DNA of 64,000 nt from an uncultured Actinomycetes bacterium (GTDB taxonomy: Bacteria; Actinomycetota; Thermoleophilia; Solirubrobacterales; 70-9), in assembly GCA_963734405.1 (NCBI GenBank), contig CAVTGX010000004.1:101761-165760 (forward strand), read 5' to 3'. The notes under the pieces are model-generated. The model was not told the origin of the DNA. It was given only the letters and a program-made list of their open reading frames with translations, and searched no databases. This document shows, in pieces, positions 41,893 to 50,365 of the stretch. Numbering within the stretch: position 1 is the stretch's first letter; each line of letters starts with the position of its first letter. The translations under genes and the position numbers were made by a program.

Positions 41893-43510
41893 CTGTATCC
41901 TCCTGGTCCTTGTTGATTGACGTATTGTCTACGGGAGCATCCCGGCTATTGGCAGTTAGCAGCCTCCTGCTCAGGAGAAACCCCTGCGAAAAATCTGGTC
42001 CGTCTGGGTGAACCTGGAATCGATACACCTGGCGCTGGCCAAGGCGATAGTCGAAAAACGATCCTCCACGCACCGCCTGCACCCCACGGTCAGGGAAGAA
42101 CGTGCTAGTCCAGTGCCAGACGTTGCCAATGCCCTGGACCACGCCAAACGGGCTAGCGCCCTCCCTCTTTTCTGACACTGCGATTGGCGCCACATCTCTA
42201 TCCCAGCCATCAGTACTGATGTTCGCGAGGCGCGAGTCAGGTGGCTGATTGCCCCACGGATACTCTCTCCCGTCAACTCCCCGCACTGCCTTCTCCCACA
42301 TCTCCACGGTCGGCAACTCGGCACCGAGCCAAGCGCAGAATGCAGCCGCGCCGAAATAGTTGACGTAGGTAACAGGGTGATCCGCATATGTGTCGGCGAC
42401 ACTGAACTTGCCGCCAATTTCATTGATCCGGCACTCGTCCACCGGGGAAGAGCCATCGAGGTCGATCCAGGTCACACCGCCTTCACGGCGGTTGCCAAAA
42501 CAGTTGAGGAATACGCAGAATTGTGAATTCGTGATCGAGTAGCGGGTGATCCAATACTCGCCCAGCTCGAGCTCCTCGCCCTTGGGGCCAGGGCCAGATA
42601 CGAAAGGCCCTGCCGGAACTTGCACCAGCTCAAGGACCTCATCGCCCTCGGGCAATGGCAGCGACGCGACCAATAGCTCCCCGTCTCTGCGAGTACGCAG
42701 AGCGTGCCCATCGGCGCTGAGTTGGGCATCGCTGGAGAGGATCGCTTTGTAAGAGTTTCGCTCTGCGCGCAGCGCATCTACCTGCTGCTTCTGGCGGACG
42801 CTAGTCGCCTGCTGGACGCGAATTTCTGATTGCAGGCGCTTGGCTTCGTCGTCGAGGTTCTCGAAGAGCTCGATATTGTCAACGCTGGCCGGGGGGTCGA
42901 GAACGGCTTTCAGACGAAGATCACTGCTGAACAGGATCATCTTTTGGATCGCGTTACGAAGCGTCGCCTCCCAGTTGAGAGCAGACGTGTCGTAGGGAAT
43001 TAGGTTGATGTGGCGCAGATCCGAAGGGACATCCTCGATCTGCTGGGTGATCATGACCACCTTCTTGTTGACTGCGTGACAGAGGCCCAGCTCATACAGC
43101 ACGTTGGCGTTCGCACCAGTCATCTCGGCAACCACCAAATCAGCTCCCAATACCTGTTCCCAGATGGTCTGAATGAATGCTTGAGGGCTGAAGAGCTCGT
43201 CAGAGCGCACTGCATGGAAGCCAGCGTCAAAAACCGCTGGCTTGATGACTCCCTCGTAGTATTCGTTAAAGGGATCGATGAAGGGCATGATCACGAAGAC
43301 ATGACCGTTGCCGTTCTCCCCGTCCTCTGCGGGTTTGGAGCCTCTCGAAGTTGAAAGGGACTTACTCACCTCGTAGCGCTCCCGCCGAAGACTCGCCGGC
43401 AATTCGCGCTCACTCGGCCACTGGTCAACTACTGCGTCGATCTCTGCCAACCGTCGTTCGAGTTGCTCGGTGTCCAGACTGGGTTCCATCCCGTCCATAG
43501 CGCTCGTCAA
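41879..43510 (-). CDS. Fusion protein: nucleoside 2-deoxyribosyltransferase-like (NDT/TIR-like Rossmannoid) domain + coiled coil + FGE-sulfatase (SUMF1-like) domain
   Basis: NDT-like: HVFVIMPF..ADLVVAEMTGANANVLYELGLCHAVNKKVVMI. Coiled coil: LDDEAKRLQSEIRVQQATSVRQKQQVDALRAERN. FGE-sulfatase: HPVTYVNYFGAAAFCAWLG..EYPWGN..GNVWHWT..VRGGSFFD. Confidence 0.65.
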   Translation of the reverse strand: MTSAMDGMEPSLDTEQLERRLAEIDAVVDQWPSERELPASLRRERYEVSKSLSTSRGSKPAEDGENGNGHVFVIMPFIDPFNEYYEGVIKPAVFDAGFHAVRSDELFSPQAFIQTIWEQVLGADLVVAEMTGANANVLYELGLCHAVNKKVVMITQQIEDVPSDLRHINLIPYDTSALNWEATLRNAIQKMILFSSDLRLKAVLDPPASVDNIELFENLDDEAKRLQSEIRVQQATSVRQKQQVDALRAERNSYKAILSSDAQLSADGHALRTRRDGELLVASLPLPEGDEVLELVQVPAGPFVSGPGPKGEELELGEYWITRYSITNSQFCVFLNCFGNRREGGVTWIDLDGSSPVDECRINEIGGKFSVADTYADHPVTYVNYFGAAAFCAWLGAELPTVEMWEKAVRGVDGREYPWGNQPPDSRLANISTDGWDRDVAPIAVSEKREGASPFGVVQGIGNVWHWTSTFFPDRGVQAVRGGSFFDYRLGQRQVYRFQVHPDGPDFSQGFLLSRRLLTANSRDAPVDNTSINKDQEDTDDAA

Positions 43511-43531
43511 TGTGCTCGAATCGAAGGCTGA

Positions 43532-44329
43532 CTACGCGAACTGATAGAGAGGATGATTTGTATCGCGAACGCCGAGGAAACAGGCGGCCGTGACCCGTTC
43601 GCCACTCTTAACGCCGCGGACTCCATGAAGACGAGCCGCGTCAAAGGCGACTAGATCACCTTGACGGGGCGTTATTACGAAGGTTGGATCCCCCAATTTA
43701 TTACGATCGACACCGTAGTCAGTGCGCTTCATACGTTCATACTCCGACTCGCTCTCGATCTTGCCCCAGAACTCGATATCACCTCCCAATCCGGGCGGCG
43801 GGGTTGCTAGGTAAACATTGATGGCAATGCGACGTTGGAGCGAAAGGGAGGCGAGAATCGGCAGTTCGCGCTGGTCGATGTGAGGATTGGCATGTCCCCC
43901 CTCTACCCAACGCCTCACGATCCCCGACAGCATTGGCCTTGCCCCCTGTCGGGCGATCGTTGCCCCTGCCGGCCATGCCTCGTCGGCAAGCAATCGCACG
44001 GTATCGATCGGCGAGAGATATGGGCGAAAAAGCTGGGCGCGGATCGACTCACGCGTCTGCGGTGCCGTTAGAAAGTATTCCTCCTCATGCGTCGGCGACT
44101 GCTCCGCCTCTCCCATTGACGTACCAAGGCTCTGCAAGTCACTCGTCAATGAGTATTCGGAAGCATCACAGGCCTGACGTATCGCCGGCAGCACCGCCTC
44201 GCAGACATCGACTCCATAGAAGCCTCGGTGCCAGACGATGTCTAGCTTTCCTTGCGCCAAGGAAGCAACTGCTGGCGAGTCGAATACCTCGCCTACGTTC
44301 AGTTGGGCGCTCCCCGCTAGAGAGACCAA
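43532..44329 (-). CDS. 2OG-Fe(II) oxygenase superfamily protein
   Basis: HxD (NPHIDQ), distal His (ARLHGV) and RxT (GERVTAAC) at the spacing expected for the jelly-roll facial triad plus the 2OG-binding Arg. TTG start. Confidence 0.6.
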   Translation of the reverse strand: MVSLAGSAQLNVGEVFDSPAVASLAQGKLDIVWHRGFYGVDVCEAVLPAIRQACDASEYSLTSDLQSLGTSMGEAEQSPTHEEEYFLTAPQTRESIRAQLFRPYLSPIDTVRLLADEAWPAGATIARQGARPMLSGIVRRWVEGGHANPHIDQRELPILASLSLQRRIAINVYLATPPPGLGGDIEFWGKIESESEYERMKRTDYGVDRNKLGDPTFVITPRQGDLVAFDAARLHGVRGVKSGERVTAACFLGVRDTNHPLYQFA

Positions 44330-44569
44330 GGCCTCTCCGTTGAATTGGCAACGCTGTATCCCTCCATAAGGAGCGGCAGACTCTCAAACGATGATCTTGC
44401 TGTCAATCACTTAATCGCAATCTTCACATCCTGAACATAAATAGTTTGGTTTGTGGATAGCGTCCCTAGGGGCTTTTATGAAGGCGGGTACCCTCGCCGG
44501 GGTTCTAGACCCTTTCTCGCTCTTCTCGTTGCATCAGGTATACGCGCCGTACTAGGGTCACGCATAGTC

Positions 44570-46036
44570 ATGCCTACCCAGCCTCCGACAGACGAGTTCA
44601 TCGATGATCGGTCTATCGAAGAGAAGGCCGACGATCGCTTCCGCCACGAGGACGTGGTAGCCGAGCTAGCCCACCTTGTGGACAGCCGTGCGGCTCAGAC
44701 GAACATTGCTCTCTTCGCGCCGTGGGGAAGCGGCAAGACTGGCATCTCGAAGCTCCTCCGTTCGCGACTTGAAGATAAGAAAAAGGGACACCGCTATGTC
44801 TACTTCGACGCCTTCAAGCATCGCGATACGTCGCTGCGACGAAGCTTCTTGCGAACCGTTGCCGTTGGGCTCGACGAGGATCCTACCGAGATAGATGCAC
44901 TCTCCAAGGAGGAAATAACCCAGGAACTCGGCACCTCTGATTGGAAGCGCGTTGCAAAGTTCGTCGCCGGAGCCTTGGGAGTCGGCATTGTGCTTATGGC
45001 CCTCCTGAGTCTTGCCCTCGCATGGATTCGCCCGGAGGCCCCAAAGGAAAACTTTGGCGAGAGCTTTGTCCTGATGTTCACCAAGCTGAGCGGCGTCGCG
45101 ACCCTCGTCGCGGCCTTGATCGGCGTGGTTGTCAGCGGCCTGCTCGGAGGAGTAACGGCAACCCGCAAACAGATGCCGCTCTCTGAGGATGATGAGTTCG
45201 AGGACGCTTTCGGCAAGCTGGCAAAGAAGGCCGATCGACTCGTGATCTTCATTGACGAGCTCGACCGCTGCGCGGCCGACGAGGTGGTCGAGACCCTGGA
45301 GACGATGCGGGTTTTTCTCGATGTACCTAACTGCATCTTTATCGTCGCCGCTGATCGACAGGCGCTTGAGGCTGCGTTGCGACGAAAGGCTCGACAGGAG
45401 ACGCCCGCAGACGAAGTTCACCCTTACTTCAGTAGCGCAGGGGCCTACGTCGACAAGATCTTTCAGTTCCAGATCGCGCTGCCCCCTTTGCGCTGGACCG
45501 ATACGGGCGAGTTCGCCGAGAACCTCGTGAAGAATCGCGGGGGGCTCTGGAAAGAGCTACGAGAACGTGACGAAATGCAGGACGTTCTGACGGCACTGAT
45601 TCCCACCCATGTCACCAGTCCCCGTCGCGTCAAGGTGTTGCTCAACTCATATGTGATTGCCCATCGACTTGCTGAACGGCGCGCCAATGCAGAGGAAATG
45701 GCGGACCTATCAGGGCGCGCAGCGGCGCTCGCTCAGCTCGTCTGTCTAGGGGCTGAGTTTCCTCTCTTTGCAGATGAGCTTGAGCGTTTTCCCGAACTGC
45801 CCGCGGCTGCCTTGGCAGTCGCTGAGAGCAGCTACGAGAACAGCCTGCGCACCGAGGCCCCCGAGGTTTGGGAGCGTGCAGTCGACTTCATCGACCGGGG
45901 ACGACCCCTAGTGCCACTCCTCTATGGCAGGCGGGCAAACGGGGAGCAAGTCGAGAACAAGGTGGAATCGCCAGATGACGCGAACGACCCAAAGGACGGC
46001 GATGGTGACAGCACGCCTGAGGAGCCGCAGCAATGA
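44570..46036 (+). CDS. KAP-family P-loop NTPase with two transmembrane helices inserted in the NTPase domain
   Basis: Walker A FAPWGSGKTG. TM segments VAKFVAGALGVGIVLMALLSLALAWI and VATLVAALIGVVVSGLLGGV. Walker B LVIFIDELDRC..FIVAADRQ. The ORF-track start is 44453 (GTG); ATG at 44570 fits the family N-terminus better. Confidence 0.75.
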   Translation: MPTQPPTDEFIDDRSIEEKADDRFRHEDVVAELAHLVDSRAAQTNIALFAPWGSGKTGISKLLRSRLEDKKKGHRYVYFDAFKHRDTSLRRSFLRTVAVGLDEDPTEIDALSKEEITQELGTSDWKRVAKFVAGALGVGIVLMALLSLALAWIRPEAPKENFGESFVLMFTKLSGVATLVAALIGVVVSGLLGGVTATRKQMPLSEDDEFEDAFGKLAKKADRLVIFIDELDRCAADEVVETLETMRVFLDVPNCIFIVAADRQALEAALRRKARQETPADEVHPYFSSAGAYVDKIFQFQIALPPLRWTDTGEFAENLVKNRGGLWKELRERDEMQDVLTALIPTHVTSPRRVKVLLNSYVIAHRLAERRANAEEMADLSGRAAALAQLVCLGAEFPLFADELERFPELPAAALAVAESSYENSLRTEAPEVWERAVDFIDRGRPLVPLLYGRRANGEQVENKVESPDDANDPKDGDGDSTPEEPQQ

Positions 46037-48255
46037 CCGGCGGAGAGACCGGGATCGACGCGATTCTCGCCCGGCAGCGACAGGACCTGATTGCCTATCT
46101 GACCCGGGTCAGGAATCTCCCGGCGCCCACGCGGGACCTTGTCTTTATGCACAGCGAAGCTGGAGTCGCAAGTGGACTGGAGGCTGCCTCATCAGATCGA
46201 TTGGCAGCGATGGCGCGCAATGGTCAGACCGAGGGCCTTGGGGATCTACTTGACAAACTGCCAGCCTCCCAGCAGGAGGCTGCAGTCGCGACCCTTGCGC
46301 GCTGGTCTGGGATTTTTGCTCTCGCGCCAGAGCGCAAAAACGCGGTCACCGTCCTTCTCGCCGCTACCGCGGCGATCGGTGAGCTCAGCGCCGAGACGAC
46401 CGCGTTGGTTACTGGTGCCGTCCTATCATCCCCTGGCGACTTGCCAGCGGGAGCTCTCGGAGACATGGTCCGCCTCGCCCGACGTTGTCGACCGTCCCAG
46501 CGCAGCCAGCTAGTCGCGAAATTGAAAGAGCGAAACGATGTCGTAGAAGACTCGTCGGCCCGAGCCGCGCTTGTCGCGAGCTTTCCGGAGTTCAACAACG
46601 CGGACGATCTCTACGGCGTAGCGATGGCAATGGCGATCGGCCAGATTGACGGGGATGCCACGAAAGAACTCCTGACACTTCCTGAATCCGAGCAGGCAAA
46701 GTTGCTCAAACTTGCTGATCCCAGAGTGCAGGGTTGGATCAACGCAGCGCAGCAAAAAGCCAACAACCCGCCAGAGGGAGAGGAGCCTGAGAGCACCGCA
46801 AGCGTCAACGGATGGCTGTTGCCGGCACTCCAGGTTCTAGAAGATTCCACAATCGCTGTCACGAGATTCGCGATCTGGCTACTACGAGCGGAAAATCCCC
46901 AGTCCGACGCGGAGGTCCAGAATCGACTAAACCTGCTCGCGCCGATCAGCGAGCCTGAGCTACTGCGGCTGATGCTCCAGCGAATGCAGACCGTTCCTCG
47001 CGGAGACCGTGAATCCTGGCTTGAGGCAATCGACCGGTCCGCAATTAACACCGATGCTGTTGCAACACTCGATTCCGTCGCGAGGCAGGTGTGGAGCGAA
47101 CGGATAGCGCCCGAAGCCGACCCGGACAGCTTCGGCGGCATGTTGGATCGTCTCGCCGCCCTCTCAAAAGAACTCCCCGTCGAGGAGAGGAAGTTTCCGC
47201 AGGTCGACGCGGCGATTGGGGAGGCGACTCAAAACCCCATGCAGAGCGACGAGGCGGCGCAAGAGTTTCTCCGAATCTCAACCGCTGCAAATGAATTTGT
47301 AGATCATGAGTTGGCGGACACGACCCAGTGTGCCGATCGTTTTATCACCAGCGCAGCCTCAGCGATGGGTGTACTGCCAATAGGCGAGCTTGAACAGCTA
47401 CCGCAGTTGCGCTCCGCAGCTAGCCACCTACGACACGATTGGCTCTCTGACGCTTCCCCTGCGGCGCTTCAGACGCTACGCGAGGCAGCAACTCAGGAAC
47501 CCGAGGCACGACTCGACGCGACGAAGGCAGAGGCACTTCTCAGCGCCGTTGGTCGACTACGGGAGCAAGGCCAGGAAATTTCGTCTCCCCTTGACCCCAA
47601 CGCCGTCGGAGACCTTGGACGCGACTACGGTGACGGAGCCGACGGAGCGCTCATAGCCTGGCTGGCTTACTTTGACCAGGACGGACTCTGGTCTGTACTC
47701 GCGCCAATGTGGGGGACGCAGATATCACCCGCAGTAAGGCAGGGCTTTGAGACAGCCGCGAAACAGCTTCCGGAGCCCCAACATCAGAAGCTTGCAGAAG
47801 CCGCCTTCGATCAGAGCCTGAGTACCAGCGCACCACCCGCAGCGAACTGGGAGGCAATTGCACTCCCTGAGCTGAGCGGTAGCTGGGTGGTCAGGGCACT
47901 CGCCAAACGAAAGCCCGGCGAAGATCTCGAGCGTTGGCGGATTTTGCTGGAGATCGCGCGCCAGAGGGTCCTGAGCGGAAAAGCGAAGACGCTGGCCGCC
48001 AATGAACTCCTGAAACCGCTTGCGGCCCTTGATTCCGATTCCGCATTTGAACTTGCGCTCGGCAATTTGGAGCTCGCCAGTAAGGACAGTGGTGAAGAGA
48101 TGCTCGCCGGACTAGAACTGACGGGCGACCAAGCGCGCCTCGTCGAGGCCAAGGTCAAGCAGCTTGGCTGGAAGAAAAGTGCAATCTCAAGGCTCCTCGG
48201 CAGTCTCGTAGGCAGCGACGGAGAGCCTGAAAAAGACGAGTCCGAAGGAGCCTGA
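46033..48255 (+). CDS. 740-aa all-alpha (Leu/Ala-rich, repeat-like) hypothetical protein, translationally coupled to the KAP NTPase
   Basis: Its ATG overlaps the KAP TGA (caATGAcc). Uninterrupted ORF in the lower-GC region. No catalytic motif recognised. Confidence 0.6.
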   Translation: MTGGETGIDAILARQRQDLIAYLTRVRNLPAPTRDLVFMHSEAGVASGLEAASSDRLAAMARNGQTEGLGDLLDKLPASQQEAAVATLARWSGIFALAPERKNAVTVLLAATAAIGELSAETTALVTGAVLSSPGDLPAGALGDMVRLARRCRPSQRSQLVAKLKERNDVVEDSSARAALVASFPEFNNADDLYGVAMAMAIGQIDGDATKELLTLPESEQAKLLKLADPRVQGWINAAQQKANNPPEGEEPESTASVNGWLLPALQVLEDSTIAVTRFAIWLLRAENPQSDAEVQNRLNLLAPISEPELLRLMLQRMQTVPRGDRESWLEAIDRSAINTDAVATLDSVARQVWSERIAPEADPDSFGGMLDRLAALSKELPVEERKFPQVDAAIGEATQNPMQSDEAAQEFLRISTAANEFVDHELADTTQCADRFITSAASAMGVLPIGELEQLPQLRSAASHLRHDWLSDASPAALQTLREAATQEPEARLDATKAEALLSAVGRLREQGQEISSPLDPNAVGDLGRDYGDGADGALIAWLAYFDQDGLWSVLAPMWGTQISPAVRQGFETAAKQLPEPQHQKLAEAAFDQSLSTSAPPAANWEAIALPELSGSWVVRALAKRKPGEDLERWRILLEIARQRVLSGKAKTLAANELLKPLAALDSDSAFELALGNLELASKDSGEEMLAGLELTGDQARLVEAKVKQLGWKKSAISRLLGSLVGSDGEPEKDESEGA

Positions 48256-48326
48256 CCGTTTCCCTGCCGACTATATGGCGAACGAAGCTGCGCTCGCTCA
48301 AGCCGGGCGTCAACCACCAGGAGCAG

Positions 48327-49178
48327 GTGGACCACAACTTTGACGACGAGATAGTGGGCATCGGCTGGGGCATCGAGGCGCTGCCCGACGGCGCCTCCTT
48401 GACGGATGTTTTGACCGCGATCGGCTCCCAACCTGAATGGACCAAAGATGCGGTCCACACGGTTCGCCGCTTCGGCGAGGATGCCGAGATCGGCGACTAT
48501 ATTTGGACGCGGGACCTCCACGGCCGTTTCCGGCTTGGGCGCATCGCCGGGGGCTACCGCTACGAGAACACTGAGCTTGCCAAGCGCACCGACACCCATC
48601 AGGTACGCGACTGTGACTGGGCGAATCAGCCGCTCGGTGACCTTGAGGTGCCGGGAGCGGTCATCCGCGGATTCGCTGGCACCTCGACGAGCTTCAGCCG
48701 CATGTGGGACGAGGGCGCGCGCATTTACACGGCATGGCTTTGGGAGAAGCTGCACGGGCGCGACCCTGCTCCACTCAGCTTCACTTACCTGGAGGTTCTC
48801 CGGCAGCTTGAGCCCTACGATCTTGAGGATCTCGTCTACACCTGGATGCAGGTTGCCGAGGACTACCTCGCGCTACCGAAGGCGAGGCGAACCGATACCC
48901 CCGCCTACGAGTGGACGATGCTGAACCGCAAGACCTTTGCGCCGGCGATCGTCCAGGTGAAGTCGGGCAATCAGGCCGTCAACCTTGAGGCGCTCTCGGA
49001 CGCCGCACCCAACGCCGAAACCGTCCTGTTTGCCTGCTCGGCGAGCGGCCAGTTCACTGGGCGTCCGCCCAGAGAGATCCGCCGCATCTCGCCTACTGAA
49101 CTCGTCGACTTCGTGCACGAACACAAGCGCCTGCTCCCACCGCGTGTTCGCACCTGGTTCGAACTCGCGAAAAGCTAG
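48327..49178 (+). CDS. Mrr-like PD-(D/E)xK nuclease-fold protein with an uncharacterised N-terminal domain
   Basis: C-terminal half: LEDLVYTWMQVAEDYLALP..DTPAYEWTML..PAIVQVKSG (D..E..QxK arrangement). The N-terminal ..IVGIGWG.. domain appears to continue upstream (WRTKLRSLKPGVNHQEQ) of any canonical start codon. Confidence 0.5.
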   Translation: MDHNFDDEIVGIGWGIEALPDGASLTDVLTAIGSQPEWTKDAVHTVRRFGEDAEIGDYIWTRDLHGRFRLGRIAGGYRYENTELAKRTDTHQVRDCDWANQPLGDLEVPGAVIRGFAGTSTSFSRMWDEGARIYTAWLWEKLHGRDPAPLSFTYLEVLRQLEPYDLEDLVYTWMQVAEDYLALPKARRTDTPAYEWTMLNRKTFAPAIVQVKSGNQAVNLEALSDAAPNAETVLFACSASGQFTGRPPREIRRISPTELVDFVHEHKRLLPPRVRTWFELAKS

Positions 49179-49191
49179 GTAGCCCTTCAGG

Positions 49192-49818
49192 TTATATCTC
49201 GGCGCCTGCAGGAATCCAGAGAGCCTGCGTTGCTCGCGCCGTCGCCTCGATTGCCGCCGTTGATGCCAGCAAGTCCTCGGGCTTCATATCCTCGGCCCGG
49301 ACGATCTGCTTTTCCACTTCCTTCACCCGCTCTGGCGACACCGCCCCCGTCGCGGCATAGGCATGCTCGTGCCAACCCTCGGGCACGCACCCCGTAGGAA
49401 CTGCGGTCACGAACGCTCCAAACGCACAGGTGATCTCAGGTCCGATCCCGAGCACTTGCCAGCCCTTCTCGTCCTCGGAAACGTCGAGCCGGTTGTAGCT
49501 CAAGTGGACCATCTCCTTGCCGACGCGGCCCTTGACCCGCGAGAGCCGCACGGACATCGCAGGCGCCTTCCACTCGCCGACATAGTCGGAGGCGAGCGCG
49601 TCGGTGCCCTTCATCGGCTTGTCCCGCCAGAGGAAGTCGATCAGATTCCGTGAGTGGACCCCGAAGCTCTCCAGCAAGGCGTTCTCCACAATCGGGTCGT
49701 CCTCGTGGTGCCGGTTCATGAGCTTGACCGTCACCTCGTAGAGCATCCCGGCCTCGTAGAGCAGATGCTTCTCTGCGAAGCGACGCAAACGGTCCACTGG
49801 CGGGCGCTGCCGCGCCAC
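49192..49818 (-). CDS. Hypothetical protein (208 aa), convergent with the KAP operon
   Basis: Clean ORF with ATG start. No family recognised. Confidence 0.45.
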   Translation of the reverse strand: MARQRPPVDRLRRFAEKHLLYEAGMLYEVTVKLMNRHHEDDPIVENALLESFGVHSRNLIDFLWRDKPMKGTDALASDYVGEWKAPAMSVRLSRVKGRVGKEMVHLSYNRLDVSEDEKGWQVLGIGPEITCAFGAFVTAVPTGCVPEGWHEHAYAATGAVSPERVKEVEKQIVRAEDMKPEDLLASTAAIEATARATQALWIPAGAEI

Positions 49819-49941
49819 TACGGATCCCTGCCGTGCCGACCGGCACCGTCCCGGGGCTCGCCGCCGGCGCGAGGTTCGTTCTCCATTGTCATCACCTCAG
49901 CGTAGGGCCGCGGGCGGCTGCGAAATCTAAATTTTTGCCGG

Positions 49942-50180
49942 AAAACGCCGCCTCAAACGACGGATAGGTATGAGGCGAAAAATCGAAGACGATTCGCGAA
50001 TTGGGGGGTCCACTTTTGCTGCTCGGCCCCCTGTTGTTGTAGATGCGGAAATTCGCGACGCAAAACCACGCCTCAAACGACAAAGAGGCATGAAGCGAGC
50101 AGACCGACAGCGGCTGCGGCAAATGTCGGATTCGTCACACAAGACGGTCCACTTTCGCTGCTTCTTGCTCCGTATAGGTG
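49942..50180. repeat. Two tandem, diverged ~120-140-bp units, each with an internal hairpin (iteron/oriT-like)
   Basis: AAAACgcCGCCTCAAACGAC..AGGtATGAgGCGA (from 49942) recurs as AAAACcaCGCCTCAAACGAC..AGGcATGAaGCGA (from 50062). GGTCCACTTTtGCTGCT at 50007 recurs as GGTCCACTTTCGCTGCT at 50146. GCCTCA..TGAGGC forms a stem in unit 1. Confidence 0.6.
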
Positions 50181-50365
50181 TGAGTCCCTTTTACGGAATC
50201 CAAGCCGGGCATCGCAACGGGTCGCCTGGCGGTTCAACTGCCGGGCCGACCGTCAGGTCGCCCCTCGGTTCGCCGGGATGCAGTCGCGAAAGCGCCAGAT
50301 TCGGCAGCACAGCGCGGATTGCGGAACCTGCGCTTTGCCGACATACCTACGTCACCCAGAGGTCG

